The translations under genes were made by a program, and so were the position numbers. DNA of 28,898 nt from Candidatus Hermodarchaeum yapensis. GTDB taxonomy: Archaea; Asgardarchaeota; Hermodarchaeia; Hermodarchaeales; Hermodarchaeaceae. Position 1 is the stretch's first letter. Each line of letters opens with the position of its first letter. This document shows positions 10,121 through 20,413 of the stretch, in pieces. The DNA lies in the NCBI GenBank assembly GCA_016840405.1, contig JAEOSK010000033.1, positions 1-28,898 of the forward strand, written 5' to 3'. Under the pieces are notes generated by a model. That model searched no databases. It saw only the letters and a list, made by a program, of their open reading frames with translations, and had not been told where the DNA came from.

Positions 10121-11032
10121 ATGAATCTACGAGCATTCATTACCATCATGCGTCCAGCCAATCCCCTATTTGGGAGCCTTACTGCCATCATCGGAGTACT
10201 GACCACTAACACGTTTATCATTTTCAACTTGATGTTAGTTCGTTGGACAATTATGGACCTACTCATCGTCCTAGTTCTAATTGCTCTAACCTACATTTTC
10301 ATCGCAGCAGCAGGAAACGTAATCAATGATATCTATGACCTGGAAGTGGACAAAGTGAACCGCCCTGATCGACCCCTACCAAGCGGTCAAATAACTATGA
10401 AACAGGCAAAAGCATGGACGGCCATTCTTCTTCTTCTCGGGCTGTTCTTCTCGGTTCTAACCATCCCATATTCTGCGATTGGTATCTGGACACTCGCCAT
10501 TGTCGGTCTTTTTGCCATTATTGGGCTTGCTTACGCAGCAAAGGGAAAGGTTATGGGGATATGGGGTAACTTCACCGTTGCCATAAGTTTCGCCTTTGGA
10601 CTTTTTTATGGGTCACTAATCGTATGGCCTAGCATCCCATTTGTCGTCTTTGTGTATTTCATCACTGCCGCGAGTGTTCTCCAAGGTCGTGAGGCAATTA
10701 AGGGGATAGAAGATGTTGAAGGAGATGCTCTTCGAGATGTCCAAACAATTGCCCGGAAATATAATGTGCGGACAGCAGCAATATTTGCGGCTGTATGTAA
10801 TATTGTTGGCATTATTGGTTTCCTTCTTCCTTGGATTGCGAACCTGTTGGGTTTGAATTGGACTGGCCCACTGTATGTCATCTTACTAATTCCTGGTATT
10901 GCATGTGTGGCTACTTCGGCTGTTCTGATATTACTATATCCTTCAAAGAATGCTTCGCGAGCCAGTTTCTTTGATAAAATCGGTGCGTATCTTGGTTTGT
11001 TGAACTTTCTGCTTGGAACCATCATCATCTGA
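10121..11032 (+). CDS. UbiA-family prenyltransferase, probably digeranylgeranylglyceryl-phosphate synthase
   Basis: MRP.N, GNVINDIYDLEVDKVNRPDRPLPSG, REAIKGIEDVEGD, and multiple TM helices. Confidence 0.88.
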   Translation: MNLRAFITIMRPANPLFGSLTAIIGVLTTNTFIIFNLMLVRWTIMDLLIVLVLIALTYIFIAAAGNVINDIYDLEVDKVNRPDRPLPSGQITMKQAKAWTAILLLLGLFFSVLTIPYSAIGIWTLAIVGLFAIIGLAYAAKGKVMGIWGNFTVAISFAFGLFYGSLIVWPSIPFVVFVYFITAASVLQGREAIKGIEDVEGDALRDVQTIARKYNVRTAAIFAAVCNIVGIIGFLLPWIANLLGLNWTGPLYVILLIPGIACVATSAVLILLYPSKNASRASFFDKIGAYLGLLNFLLGTIII

Positions 11033-11040
11033 TAATTGGA

Positions 11041-11745
11041 GTGGGATCAAGGCTGCGGATTGCTGCAACGAGTGACATTCACTGGCCCCAATATCAGGGA
11101 CTCTTCATTAAATCGCTCCGAGAACTGCCCTCCAAACTCGACCTTTTTCTTATTGCTGGAGATTTGGTTAATAGGGGAGGTTTCCGTGGGATGGCACCTA
11201 TAGTCGAGAAACTAGTTGAAGCAAACCTCAAGTGCCCTGTGATTGCCTGTTTTGGAAATGACGATTATGATTCTATTAAGGACAGCCTCCGTACAACCGC
11301 TGGTGACCGGATTACTTTTCTCGACGATGAACTAACAACTTTTGCAATTCGGGGAAAATTGGTTGCAGTTATTGGAAGTCGTGGAGTGTTGGATCAACCC
11401 ACGTTCTGGCAGTCGCGAAATGTTCAGGGGATTCGGGAATTATATGCAAATCGAGTGAAGAAACTGGATAGATTACTTGGAAAAGCCAAGGCTCAAACGC
11501 CTTATGTTATTTTACTTACCCATTATACGCCGACTTTTAAATCATTAAAAGGCGAAACTCAACGGACCTTTGCACAGATGGGGAGTCAGCGGGTTGAAGC
11601 ATTACTCAATAAGCATTCTCCAATGCTAGCTATTCATGGTCATGCTCACCGGGGATTACGCAAAGTCAAGCTAGACTCCGTTCAGGTCTATAACGTGGCC
11701 CTCCCCTTGAACCGACAAATTGTGACCATTAAAAGTCCTCCTTGA
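11041..11745 (+). CDS. Calcineurin-like metallophosphoesterase
   Basis: SDIH, AGDL, GNDD (GNHD variant), THY.P, and HGHAH. Confidence 0.9.
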   Translation: MGSRLRIAATSDIHWPQYQGLFIKSLRELPSKLDLFLIAGDLVNRGGFRGMAPIVEKLVEANLKCPVIACFGNDDYDSIKDSLRTTAGDRITFLDDELTTFAIRGKLVAVIGSRGVLDQPTFWQSRNVQGIRELYANRVKKLDRLLGKAKAQTPYVILLTHYTPTFKSLKGETQRTFAQMGSQRVEALLNKHSPMLAIHGHAHRGLRKVKLDSVQVYNVALPLNRQIVTIKSPP

Positions 11746-11878
11746 GGAATATAAACCAGATGTGCTTCGCGCCATCTTAGAGATTTAAGTCGGGGAGAAA
11801 ACTCTGATAGAGCGATGTTTAACCGTCTTTTAACGAATTCACGAAAACTATATGTGTAGTCCAACGGACGAAAAGGGC

Positions 11879-13387
11879 ATGTCCCAGCCAGCGGTGGATT
11901 CTCAAAGTAGTGGTTTTTGCCCATCCTGCCACATCAACATGGCAGAACGATATTGCCGAGAATGTGGCCAAGTCTTTTGTCTCCCTTGTTCACGGCAGGA
12001 CTTGAGTGAATTCTTCACGTGCCCAAGGTGTGGTCCAGACAATATTGAGGATCAAGAAGACGAAGTCATTTGCACAGAATGTGAGGAACCCGCCCAGCGT
12101 GCCACACGCCGCGTTTATTTATGTCCCAACTGTGGATCTGAGGAAATCACCCCAATTCACAATATGCGGCAAGACTTAGTAGGACGATTCCGCACAACCT
12201 ACTATCGACTACGAACAGGCCATGAGTTGCTGTCAGGATTTGCAGCTCGACTAAGAATTCTCCGATGGCGGGTACGTGAACTCAGAACAGCTAGTTTTCT
12301 ACATGACCCAGAGGTGGAAAAAGAACTTCTGGAATTAATGAAGTCAGAATTACCTAGCGTTCAGGAGCGAACTCTCTTTCGAGCTCGAAATGTTGTTGAA
12401 CGGCATAGAGCAAGTAAATACCGATTCATGAATCCAGAGCGATGGACAATAACAGAGTTCCCACTTCTTGCAGGCTTAATAGACGCCATCCAAGAAGATG
12501 TGTCAGATTATCAAGCCTACTGTCGCGACCTGGTCAACGGATTGGATGTCAAGCTTGCCACGATTGAAGCACGATTAACGCAAGTCGCTGAGTGGCATAA
12601 AATCTTCAACGATCACATCGAATATCTTCCCGTGTTAGAGAATGAACGGCCAGTGGCAGCCCTCCAACCTGTGAACTTGAACAAGACTGAGACGAGCGAA
12701 GGCATGGGAAATGGCATTCTCTTCGTTACGACACAGCGCCTCATCTTTCTTGGTCGGAAGGGTTTCTTTACAAAAGAGACACGTGTCGTTCACACGATAC
12801 CCTTGGGTAAAATTAGTGGTGTGACACTGCAGGGACGAATTCGACGACGTGTGCATATCGAGATCGATGAGGAAGAATTCAAAATTGGTGGAGCCTCCAA
12901 AGTTTTGGAAGCCATCCCGGATGCTATCACGCTGGCTTCAAGTTTTAATGAGCATAGCCTTGTAACAACTTCTGGTTCGCTTCGAGTGCTTAACCTGAAA
13001 GTGGATGTGTCGTCTCTCCGCGACGAGCTAGATACACTCATTAACTATGCTGTTTCGCCCGAAGAAATGGACGAAACCGGTGCTCCGGATGGTTCAAGAC
13101 CCTACCCGTATCCGGATGGATATTACCCCTATTATTCTCGAACAAGAGGGGCACACTCGGACGAGTTGGAACGTGACCCGCTATTCCAATTGGAGCAACA
13201 GAAATTCAGTATTGAATCCACAATTGAGCTCTTGAAACGTCAGTCGAAGGAAGGAAAACTGTCTGATGAGAATTTTTACAAACAGTATCGTTCCCTAACT
13301 GAGGAGCTCTTTTTGATTGAAGCAAAGATTGAGGACCTTCGTATACGTAGAAGGTATGATGAACGGTACCGCGATCAACACCGATGA
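11879..13387 (+). CDS. Multi-Zn-finger / helical / PH(GRAM/GLUE)-like / steadiness-box protein; putative ESCRT-associated adaptor
   Basis: Six CxxC pairs at the N-terminus, PH-like strands 'GILFVTTQRLIFLGRKGFF...IPLGKISGV', a PY-rich linker, and a C-terminus that aligns by eye with the steadiness box of the Vps23 in this window. Confidence 0.7.
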   Translation: MSQPAVDSQSSGFCPSCHINMAERYCRECGQVFCLPCSRQDLSEFFTCPRCGPDNIEDQEDEVICTECEEPAQRATRRVYLCPNCGSEEITPIHNMRQDLVGRFRTTYYRLRTGHELLSGFAARLRILRWRVRELRTASFLHDPEVEKELLELMKSELPSVQERTLFRARNVVERHRASKYRFMNPERWTITEFPLLAGLIDAIQEDVSDYQAYCRDLVNGLDVKLATIEARLTQVAEWHKIFNDHIEYLPVLENERPVAALQPVNLNKTETSEGMGNGILFVTTQRLIFLGRKGFFTKETRVVHTIPLGKISGVTLQGRIRRRVHIEIDEEEFKIGGASKVLEAIPDAITLASSFNEHSLVTTSGSLRVLNLKVDVSSLRDELDTLINYAVSPEEMDETGAPDGSRPYPYPDGYYPYYSRTRGAHSDELERDPLFQLEQQKFSIESTIELLKRQSKEGKLSDENFYKQYRSLTEELFLIEAKIEDLRIRRRYDERYRDQHR

Positions 13388-13400
13388 ATACCGTTAGAAC

Positions 13401-14030
13401 CTATTCCTGAACTTCTTTCTTCATGCGTTCAAGTTCTTTTCGGGTTCTTTCACGCCGTTCCTCAGATGTTTCCAGGACTTCTTCGCCTTCAGGAACAGAG
13501 GGGAGTTGCCCAGCTTCTTCCAGGGCAATCATCGTCTCAATGTCCTCAAGTTCCGCTTCTACATCGGCGTCCATTTCTTCGTCATCTAATCCGAGGCCTA
13601 GAATCTCTTCGGTGGCTTCAGCCTCCTCAATAAGGGCCTGGGTTTCGAGAATGACCTCACGAGCAATCTCAGGAGAGGCCGTTTCACGGAGATTTTGAAG
13701 TTCGGAACCAATACCCTGCAAAGCGCCAATAACTTCGGTTTCTCCTCGAGCTTGGTTGATAGCTTCGACACCACGTTCCATCAGATCAATTTCTTGTTCG
13801 ATCAGTCGAGCTTTGCGTAGATAGCGTTGACGGCGTCGGAGCTGCATCTTTGCAGCTTTTCGATCACCACGGCGTACATAGCGCGTTGCCTTGATTTTCG
13901 AGTCGCTAGCCTTTGTTTCATATTGCCGGCTACGGACTTCTAATTTATCGACAACTCGATGAATACGAGCGATTGTATCTTCTTTGGGTTCAGGCTTTTT
14001 CGGAAATAGTTTCTCCCAGAATTTTACCAT
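13401..14030 (-). CDS. ESCRT-III subunit, Vps20/32/60 (Snf7) class
   Basis: Amphipathic N-terminus (FWEKLF), 'GDRKAAKMQLRRRQRY', an acidic 'DVEAELEDIE' segment, and 'LPSVP' (MIM2-like). Confidence 0.88.
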   Translation of the reverse strand: MVKFWEKLFPKKPEPKEDTIARIHRVVDKLEVRSRQYETKASDSKIKATRYVRRGDRKAAKMQLRRRQRYLRKARLIEQEIDLMERGVEAINQARGETEVIGALQGIGSELQNLRETASPEIAREVILETQALIEEAEATEEILGLGLDDEEMDADVEAELEDIETMIALEEAGQLPSVPEGEEVLETSEERRERTRKELERMKKEVQE

Positions 14031-14033
14031 TGA

Positions 14034-14645
14034 CTAGCCCTCCTCCTTCAATCGCTGAATCTCAGATTCTAACTCTGAGACACGTTTTTCGGGTTCAGGA
14101 AGTGATGTACCGGTTTCGATCTCGATTTCAGAATCGAGTTCTTTGAGGGCATCTTTCACTTCACCATCAGTAACTTCTGTTGAGACTGCCATGCGTTCCA
14201 TTCCAGCTTCGGCAACTTCTTGGGTCATCTCGAAGTGCCGGAGGTTGCCTTCTATCTGGTCAACAAGCTGTGCAACCTCAGGAACTTTGACTTGGCTCTT
14301 CAGTCCTCCGAGTGCAGCGTTAAGTTGACCAAGAATCTTGGCGACTTCACCCATGGCTTCACTCTGGCGTAGTTGAGTTTGTAATCCTTCAATGCGTAGT
14401 CGATATGCATCTACGCTTAGGGCCCATTTCTGGAATCGCAGTTGGTGCTGCAAGTACATGCGCGTAGCATCCATATTTCCTGCGAGACGGTATTTCTTGG
14501 CCCGTTGGCGGCTTTTACTTGCCTCTTTTTCCAGCATCTTCCGTTGTAAGTCGAGCTTACGGCAAAAGACATCGAGACGGAAAATTAGCTTCTTTAAATC
14601 GGGTCCGCCGCCCAGCCAACTCATAAATCGGCGAATAGCAGACAT
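14034..14645 (-). CDS. ESCRT-III subunit, Vps2/24/46 (CHMP1-3) class
   Basis: 'GNMDATRMY', basic N-terminal and acidic C-terminal halves, and a C-terminal MIM1-like 'ELESEIQRLK'. Likely start is ATG 14645; the track gives 14675. Confidence 0.88.
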   Translation of the reverse strand: MSAIRRFMSWLGGGPDLKKLIFRLDVFCRKLDLQRKMLEKEASKSRQRAKKYRLAGNMDATRMYLQHQLRFQKWALSVDAYRLRIEGLQTQLRQSEAMGEVAKILGQLNAALGGLKSQVKVPEVAQLVDQIEGNLRHFEMTQEVAEAGMERMAVSTEVTDGEVKDALKELDSEIEIETGTSLPEPEKRVSELESEIQRLKEEG

Positions 14646-14754
14646 TGTTATTAACCTACCATTGACTCCCTTCAAATCAAGCTTATTATACTTTTGGCAT
14701 ACTCGCCTATAATTGCACGGTTTTGCGTATCGATTCGCAATAATTTCTGTATTT

Positions 14755-16371
14755 CTAGTGTCTCAGCACTTTCCCTGGAAACACTTTGTGAATGGTTTCT
14801 TGTTCGACAACTAACTCACCATTCACGATTACGTGAGGAATACCTTCTGGGAAGGCATGAGATTGCTCGAAGGTAGCTTTGTCTGCTACGGTGTTAGGAT
14901 TAAAAACGACAATATCAGCCCAAATGCCTTCACGGAGTAAGCCCCTGTCTTTTAATCCGAGGCGTTGAGCAGGAAACGAGGTCATTTTCCGAATGGCTTC
15001 TTCGAGAGTCAGTAATTGTTCTTCACGAACGTACTTGCCAAGAACTCGAGGGAAGGTGCCATAAAATCGGGGATGGACAGCACCTAAGTCCGGATTGTAG
15101 GGGATTCCTGCACCATCCGTTCCAAACATTTGATACCGGCTTTTCATAATGCGACGGATATCTTCCTCACCCATACTTTCAACAGTCATATAGCATGCAG
15201 CGTTTTCATCGATCAAGATCTCAATTAGAGTAGAAAACTCATCAGCAGATCCCGTCATTTGAGCGATTTTGGCAAGGCTTTTCGCCTGATAGGGTTTCCA
15301 TTTATCAGTGTAGCTTTGTGCCAGGTAGATGTGGTCATAGCCATTCGCCTGAACAAAACTCTCCCACTCACTCTGCTTTTCCTCCATCTCTTTACGGATA
15401 CGTTTGAGATCTTTGGGATTTTGAATACGTATTAGTAATTGTTCGATTCCTCCTTCATGCACCCACGGGGGCAGAAGTGTACGGAGTGACGTCATCCCCC
15501 GATTATAGGGATATTGATCACAAGTGATACTCACACCACGATTATTGGCATCCTCAATTAGTGTGAGGGTTTTTTTACTAGCCCCCCAATGAGGTCTTCC
15601 CGATACTTTGTGATGCGAGATATTCCCACCAACACATCCCGATTGCTCAGTGATTTCAATACATTCTTTCACAGAATCAACAACAGAGTCTCCTTCGTTT
15701 CGAATGTGCGAGAAATAGTACCCGTTGTGTTGAGCAGCAACTTTTGCCAGTTGGACAATTTCTTTGGTTTTTGAATAGGCCTGAGGAGGATAGAGTAACC
15801 CGGTTGATAAGCCGAAGGCGCCAGCTTTCATCGATTCATCCAAATATGATTTCATGCTCTCAAGTTCTTCTGATGTGGGGGGACGATCCTCTTCGCCAGG
15901 CTGTCCAGCAAACAACAGGGCATCAAATCCCACAAAGTAAGCCTGGTTAATAAAGCATGGAATCTTGTCCATAGTATCGAGGTAGGAGGCAAAAGTGTTC
16001 CATGTTATTTCGACACCGGCAAAGGGCGGAAACTCATCTGTAATTCGATTCTTTGCTTCTGCCTCTCGACCCTTAGGAATTGGAGCAAGGCTTGACCCAC
16101 ACTGCCCATTCACACACGTGGTAATTCCCTGCCGAATGTAGGATTCCATTTCCCCTGTTAATAGGCTGAAGGCATCCGAATGTGAATGCATGTCAATAAA
16201 GCCGGGACACACAATATGTCCAGAAGCATCAATGATCTTCTTGGCAGAACCGTCGATAGTTGGAAGGATTTTCACAATTTTTCCATCTTTGATGCCAACC
16301 TCGCCGGGAAACCATGGATTGCCAGTGCCATCAAGTAACCATCCATTCTTAATGAGAATATCAAATCGCAT
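14755..16371 (-). CDS. N-acyl-D-amino-acid deacylase (D-aminoacylase, amidohydrolase family)
   Basis: PGFIDMHSHSD, GITT.VNGQCG, SHIRNE, GTDG, and HPRFYGTFPRVLG. Confidence 0.92.
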   Translation of the reverse strand: MRFDILIKNGWLLDGTGNPWFPGEVGIKDGKIVKILPTIDGSAKKIIDASGHIVCPGFIDMHSHSDAFSLLTGEMESYIRQGITTCVNGQCGSSLAPIPKGREAEAKNRITDEFPPFAGVEITWNTFASYLDTMDKIPCFINQAYFVGFDALLFAGQPGEEDRPPTSEELESMKSYLDESMKAGAFGLSTGLLYPPQAYSKTKEIVQLAKVAAQHNGYYFSHIRNEGDSVVDSVKECIEITEQSGCVGGNISHHKVSGRPHWGASKKTLTLIEDANNRGVSITCDQYPYNRGMTSLRTLLPPWVHEGGIEQLLIRIQNPKDLKRIRKEMEEKQSEWESFVQANGYDHIYLAQSYTDKWKPYQAKSLAKIAQMTGSADEFSTLIEILIDENAACYMTVESMGEEDIRRIMKSRYQMFGTDGAGIPYNPDLGAVHPRFYGTFPRVLGKYVREEQLLTLEEAIRKMTSFPAQRLGLKDRGLLREGIWADIVVFNPNTVADKATFEQSHAFPEGIPHVIVNGELVVEQETIHKVFPGKVLRH

Positions 16372-16532
16372 AGAACCACCCTTGAGAACGAATAGGGATT
16401 TTGAACATTATAAGGCGTATCTTCATTCGATACTATTGCACCCTGAATAAATAACTAACATGCAGATCAATGTAGACCAATCAGATAAACCACAGGATAA
16501 CAAGGAATTACTTGTAGTTTCTTAGTTGCCTT

Positions 16533-17156
16533 CTAGATCCATTTAATTTTGGGTTCTTCTTTCTTCGATAGCATCGCGCGTGCTTCAGGGAGGTCCTTTG
16601 GATAGCCAAGTACGATAGGTCCGTAGATTCGTTCATTATCCACTAGTTCGAGGGTGTGTACGATTTCAGTATCACCTTTGACAAGTGATCCGAATCCCAC
16701 ATAGCAGCTTCCAAGACCAAGTGCATGGGCAGCAATCATAATGTTCTGGCAGGCAAGTGCACAACTAACCGCATATTCAGCTAGACCGATGACAAAGAGG
16801 ATGACCGGAGCAGAATAGTAAACCATGTCTTTGGGTTCGTCCATCACCTCTTGGAGTCGCATTGCTTTCTCGTACCATTCAGGAAACAGCTGTTGGGTTT
16901 GTTCTGTGCTTTTTTTCCAGATTGGCAACGTGGTCTGTAAGAGTTTTTGCTTGAACTCTGGATCCTCGACAACAACAAACCGCCACGGCTGAAAAAGAGG
17001 ATCCTTCTTGCCTTTTACCACCCTTCCCTGTGAAGGGGCCCGATTACCAGCCTCGATGATCGTCTTGATGATCTCCTTTGGAATTGGTTTGGGCTCATAG
17101 GCTCTCGTAGACCGTCGGGTGTTTATAGCCTCAATTACTAGGTTCGTCATTTCCAT
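16533..17156 (-). CDS. Nitroreductase family protein
   Basis: AINTRRSTRAY, RAPS, QPWRFVVV, and QNIMIAAHALGLGSC. Start is probably 17156 or 17150. Confidence 0.9.
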   Translation of the reverse strand: MEMTNLVIEAINTRRSTRAYEPKPIPKEIIKTIIEAGNRAPSQGRVVKGKKDPLFQPWRFVVVEDPEFKQKLLQTTLPIWKKSTEQTQQLFPEWYEKAMRLQEVMDEPKDMVYYSAPVILFVIGLAEYAVSCALACQNIMIAAHALGLGSCYVGFGSLVKGDTEIVHTLELVDNERIYGPIVLGYPKDLPEARAMLSKKEEPKIKWI

Positions 17157-17270
17157 CACTTTCCGAAGACTATAACCGGATATAAATAAAAACACAAAGG
17201 GTTTAGTTGTATCAGAAGAGATACAGACAACCACACACATCAAAATAATAACAAATTAGGTGGTGGAAAG

Positions 17271-17776
17271 GTGGCCCTAGACTTTTTCATAGCAATAGCT
17301 GAAATCGCGGGTATCTTTGTCGGTTTCGGCGCGCTCATGGCGTCACTCGCCGGAACGAGATCGAGGCTGCCCAACTCGCGCGGATTCGTGGCATGGTCAC
17401 AATCGGACTCGGATTGATCATCGTTGCCCTCATACCGGTTGGTCTTAACCTCTACGGGGTTAGTGATCACATCCTCTGGTTTATGTCCAGTCTCATCTTC
17501 TTTTCTCTCAACTGGATGGTCATCATCTTGTCTTTTCGAGATCCCATTAATAGAGACCTCCTGAATAGCGGGATGCGGGCCAGCCCCGTGATAACCGTGC
17601 TTTTTTGGCTCTTGCTTGAGATCCCACTTCAGCTTCCATTGGTTCTAACCATGCTTGGATTGTATCCACTTCTAGAACCCGCTTTCTACACAACCGCGCT
17701 CCTATTCAACCTGTTTCAAGCCGCATTCGCCCTTGTGCAACTCGTCTATTCGCAAGCAGTCCCTCCAAGTACCTAA
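17271..17776 (+). pseudogene. Frameshifted multi-TM membrane protein
   Basis: GTG 17271, after GGTGGTGG, gives MALDFFIAIAEIAGIFVGFGAL. One base is missing at about 17338. The other frame resumes GVTRRNEIEAAQLARIRG and runs into the 17393 ORF, and that frame has TGA at 17300 so it cannot start further upstream. Confidence 0.65.
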
Positions 17777-17886
17777 CACAACTGTCTGTGCAACAATTGG
17801 TTTTCTCCTTAGTGTACAATATACATTTGCCACATATACAACTTCTAAAGCTAGCGAACGAACCCTCAAAGGAGGGGCACCTAAAA

Positions 17887-18063
17887 ATGAATTTAATTAA
17901 AAATAGCACGTTCTAAATCGCCATATTATTGGGACTAGTAGGCATTATCCTGTATATTGCTGAATTCTTTATAGCCGGTCTTTTCCTCGGTCTCATCGGG
18001 TTCATCCTACTAGTAATTGCTTGGTTCCTGTTCATTCTTGGAGTTAGAACTACAGGCCTATAG
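17887..18063 (+). pseudogene. Small two-TM protein with an in-frame TAA at codon 10
   Basis: GGAGGGG RBS, then MNLIKNSTF*IAILLGLVGIILYIAEFFIAGLFLGLIGFILLVIAWFLFILGVRTTGL*. The TAA is at 17914-17916. Confidence 0.55.
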
Positions 18064-18165
18064 TGGCGGATATCCCTCATTTTTTTCATGTCACTCCCCA
18101 TTTTTTTACTCTACTCTACATCGTAGACTACTTGGCTACTTGAAAAAAGCTCCAAAAGGTTAGGG

Positions 18166-18290
18166 TAAGAAAATTAATTTGCAAAATTTGCTATCCGCTG
18201 GTGTACCCGCAAAGACCAAAGAAGGCGTTCTCAGGGGCGATAACCGCATAAGTTTTTCAGGGGTTTTCTTGGCTGATAACGGGAAAAAGC
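18166..18290 (+). repeat. Dispersed repeat, copy 1 (about 125 bp)
   Basis: TAAGAAAATTAA..GCAAAA.TTGC...CCCGCAAAGACCAAAGAAGGCGTT (core 18206-18229)...GGCGATAACC...GATAAC. Confidence 0.9.
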
Positions 18291-18465
18291 CAGCTGCAGT
18301 GTTATCTTGTCATCGTTCGTGAAAAGTCTGCCAAAGCCAAATGCCAACGATTATATTAATACTACCCGTTCAAGGGTGCTCAAGATAAAGGGGGTCACCT
18401 TTGCCAGCAAAAATATTTATTAGATTGAATTGCGAAAAAACTTCGTGAAAGAGGGAACGAAGTTC

Positions 18466-20349
18466 ATGGTCAGCGTGAATTCAAAAAAGTGGCGACAGGG
18501 GCTCATTCTTCTTGCGGCGCTTGGTTTATTCTTGGTGTGTTGGTGGGCAAGTGGACTTGTGCTCTCGAACACGAACCAAGCTCCATACATATCGCCTACA
18601 GAATGGATGCGGGATTACGGGCTAGAGAATAATCAAATGGGACGAGCCATCCTCGAAGTCCCAAATGGCAATGTTCTCATTGCAGGTGTCCTTCCAAACA
18701 GTAGCTTTTTTGCCATGGAACTAAATCCATTAGGTGAGGTTCTCTGGAACCAGCGCTATACCGGTTACACTTATTATCCCGATGAAGACGAATTCCTTTC
18801 TGAAGTAATCGAATTTGGCAGCAACCAGTATCTACTCGTAGGTGGACCATCTGAGGAGGAGTCGATAATAATTTGTATCGACGATGAGGGGAACTTCCTT
18901 TGGGATCGCATCTTCGACGGAGAACCTAGCTATCGTCTTAAAGGTGCCGCTACTACGCCGGAGGGTGGCGCAGTGCTTGTTGGTACTTTGGACAATGGTT
19001 CTAGTACGTATTATGGCTGGATCCACTGCATCAATAGCACCGGTGGAACCTTGTGGAATAGAACCATAGATGTTACATTCTATGAGTCGTTAGAAGCTGT
19101 CACCGTATGTCCCAATGATGATTTCATGGTTGTCGGGTATACAAATTCAGATCCTGACTGGGGCTCTCAATACTATGATATTTGGTTACTTCGAATCAAT
19201 AGCACTGGGATTATACAATGGAATCAGACTTACAATTACACAGTTGGTAGAGTTGCTCGCGCGATTGAACCTGCTCATGGAGACGGGTACCTAATTGCTG
19301 GCTATCAAGAAATGCTGTATGACACTGAACAAGTTTTCGCCATGGAAGTTGATGAAAGTGGAAATCAACGCTGGAGCGCTTTGTATCCAAGTGGTGACTC
19401 ACGTGCCACTGATATCGTTGTGTGTCCAACGGGTTACCTACTGGTAGGCTTCGGTAATTACCAAATTCCAGGTTGGCATTTTGATACGATTATCGCTCTT
19501 CGCATCGATGATGCGGGCAATCTACTTTGGAACTGGGCTCACGGGGTAAATCTTTGGTTTATCCGTTCTTGGGACAGATGTGCAGCGATTAGCAGTCAGG
19601 ATGGGGGCTTTTTCATAGTTGCATCCACGCGTGTTGAAAAGTACATAGCTCCTTTCGATTATACTAATGGTTGGGTAACACTCGTTACTCGGCTTCCTGA
19701 TCCACCGACGCCGAGTGTTACTTACGCACAATTGGCGTTTAATGGGATTCTTTGGGGAATTGTGGGATTGACAATTGTTAATGCGGTGATAATGCTCTAC
19801 GAGATATGGAAACGATATGGACCCGCGATGACGGCTCAATTCGATTTGAAAATGGTAGCTGTTACTATCGCCCTTAATGTGTCCCTGTTGTCCTACTACC
19901 TATTCATAGGTTCGCAATCTTCCATTGTTCTGCCTTATTCTACGGGCATCTTCTTCCGATACCCATTTCCTGTCCACCTTGGCAATTATGTTGATTTTAG
20001 CAGGGTGTTCCGTTTATTGGTCTCACCGGTTTTCGGATTGTCAATTCTGTTAGCCATTGGTGGGTTCATAATTCTCCAAATTGGTACTGTCCATGTCGCT
20101 GAAGCCGTGAAAACGAAATATCCTACTGGTTCCAAATATCTACCTTGGGTTCCTCTGTTCTTTTTCGTATCTTTTGCTTGGGTTGCCTTTGTTATAAGCT
20201 CTACTACGAGCATTCATTATTCATATGGTTCTTACACCTGGTTTACGGTTCCATTCTTACCTATGGTTCTTGCCTGTATGTTCGTTGGAATGCTTCCAAG
20301 TGTGTTCTACCTACACTTGAGGAATCGAGAAATTCGTCAACTAGTGTAG
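18466..20349 (+). CDS. Membrane protein with an extracellular beta-propeller-type repeat domain and several C-terminal TM helices
   Basis: N-terminal TM/signal. Repeated 'G..LW..(Y/F)...I.....G.LLVG' blades. About five hydrophobic C-terminal segments. ATG 18466 follows GAGGG. Confidence 0.8.
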   Translation: MVSVNSKKWRQGLILLAALGLFLVCWWASGLVLSNTNQAPYISPTEWMRDYGLENNQMGRAILEVPNGNVLIAGVLPNSSFFAMELNPLGEVLWNQRYTGYTYYPDEDEFLSEVIEFGSNQYLLVGGPSEEESIIICIDDEGNFLWDRIFDGEPSYRLKGAATTPEGGAVLVGTLDNGSSTYYGWIHCINSTGGTLWNRTIDVTFYESLEAVTVCPNDDFMVVGYTNSDPDWGSQYYDIWLLRINSTGIIQWNQTYNYTVGRVARAIEPAHGDGYLIAGYQEMLYDTEQVFAMEVDESGNQRWSALYPSGDSRATDIVVCPTGYLLVGFGNYQIPGWHFDTIIALRIDDAGNLLWNWAHGVNLWFIRSWDRCAAISSQDGGFFIVASTRVEKYIAPFDYTNGWVTLVTRLPDPPTPSVTYAQLAFNGILWGIVGLTIVNAVIMLYEIWKRYGPAMTAQFDLKMVAVTIALNVSLLSYYLFIGSQSSIVLPYSTGIFFRYPFPVHLGNYVDFSRVFRLLVSPVFGLSILLAIGGFIILQIGTVHVAEAVKTKYPTGSKYLPWVPLFFFVSFAWVAFVISSTTSIHYSYGSYTWFTVPFLPMVLACMFVGMLPSVFYLHLRNREIRQLV

Positions 20350-20413
20350 GAAATAGTGAATGAAAATTAAATTACTTGAAACAAGACTAACAAAGGTTTT
20401 CAATAAGTTATGA

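Noticed and set aside
17913-18101. 62-aa minus-strand ORF
   Set aside because: It is the antisense shadow of the hydrophobic plus-strand pseudogene.
19011-19018. 8-nt match (TTATGGCT) to the putative guide seed
   Set aside because: Too short; expected by chance in 29 kb.
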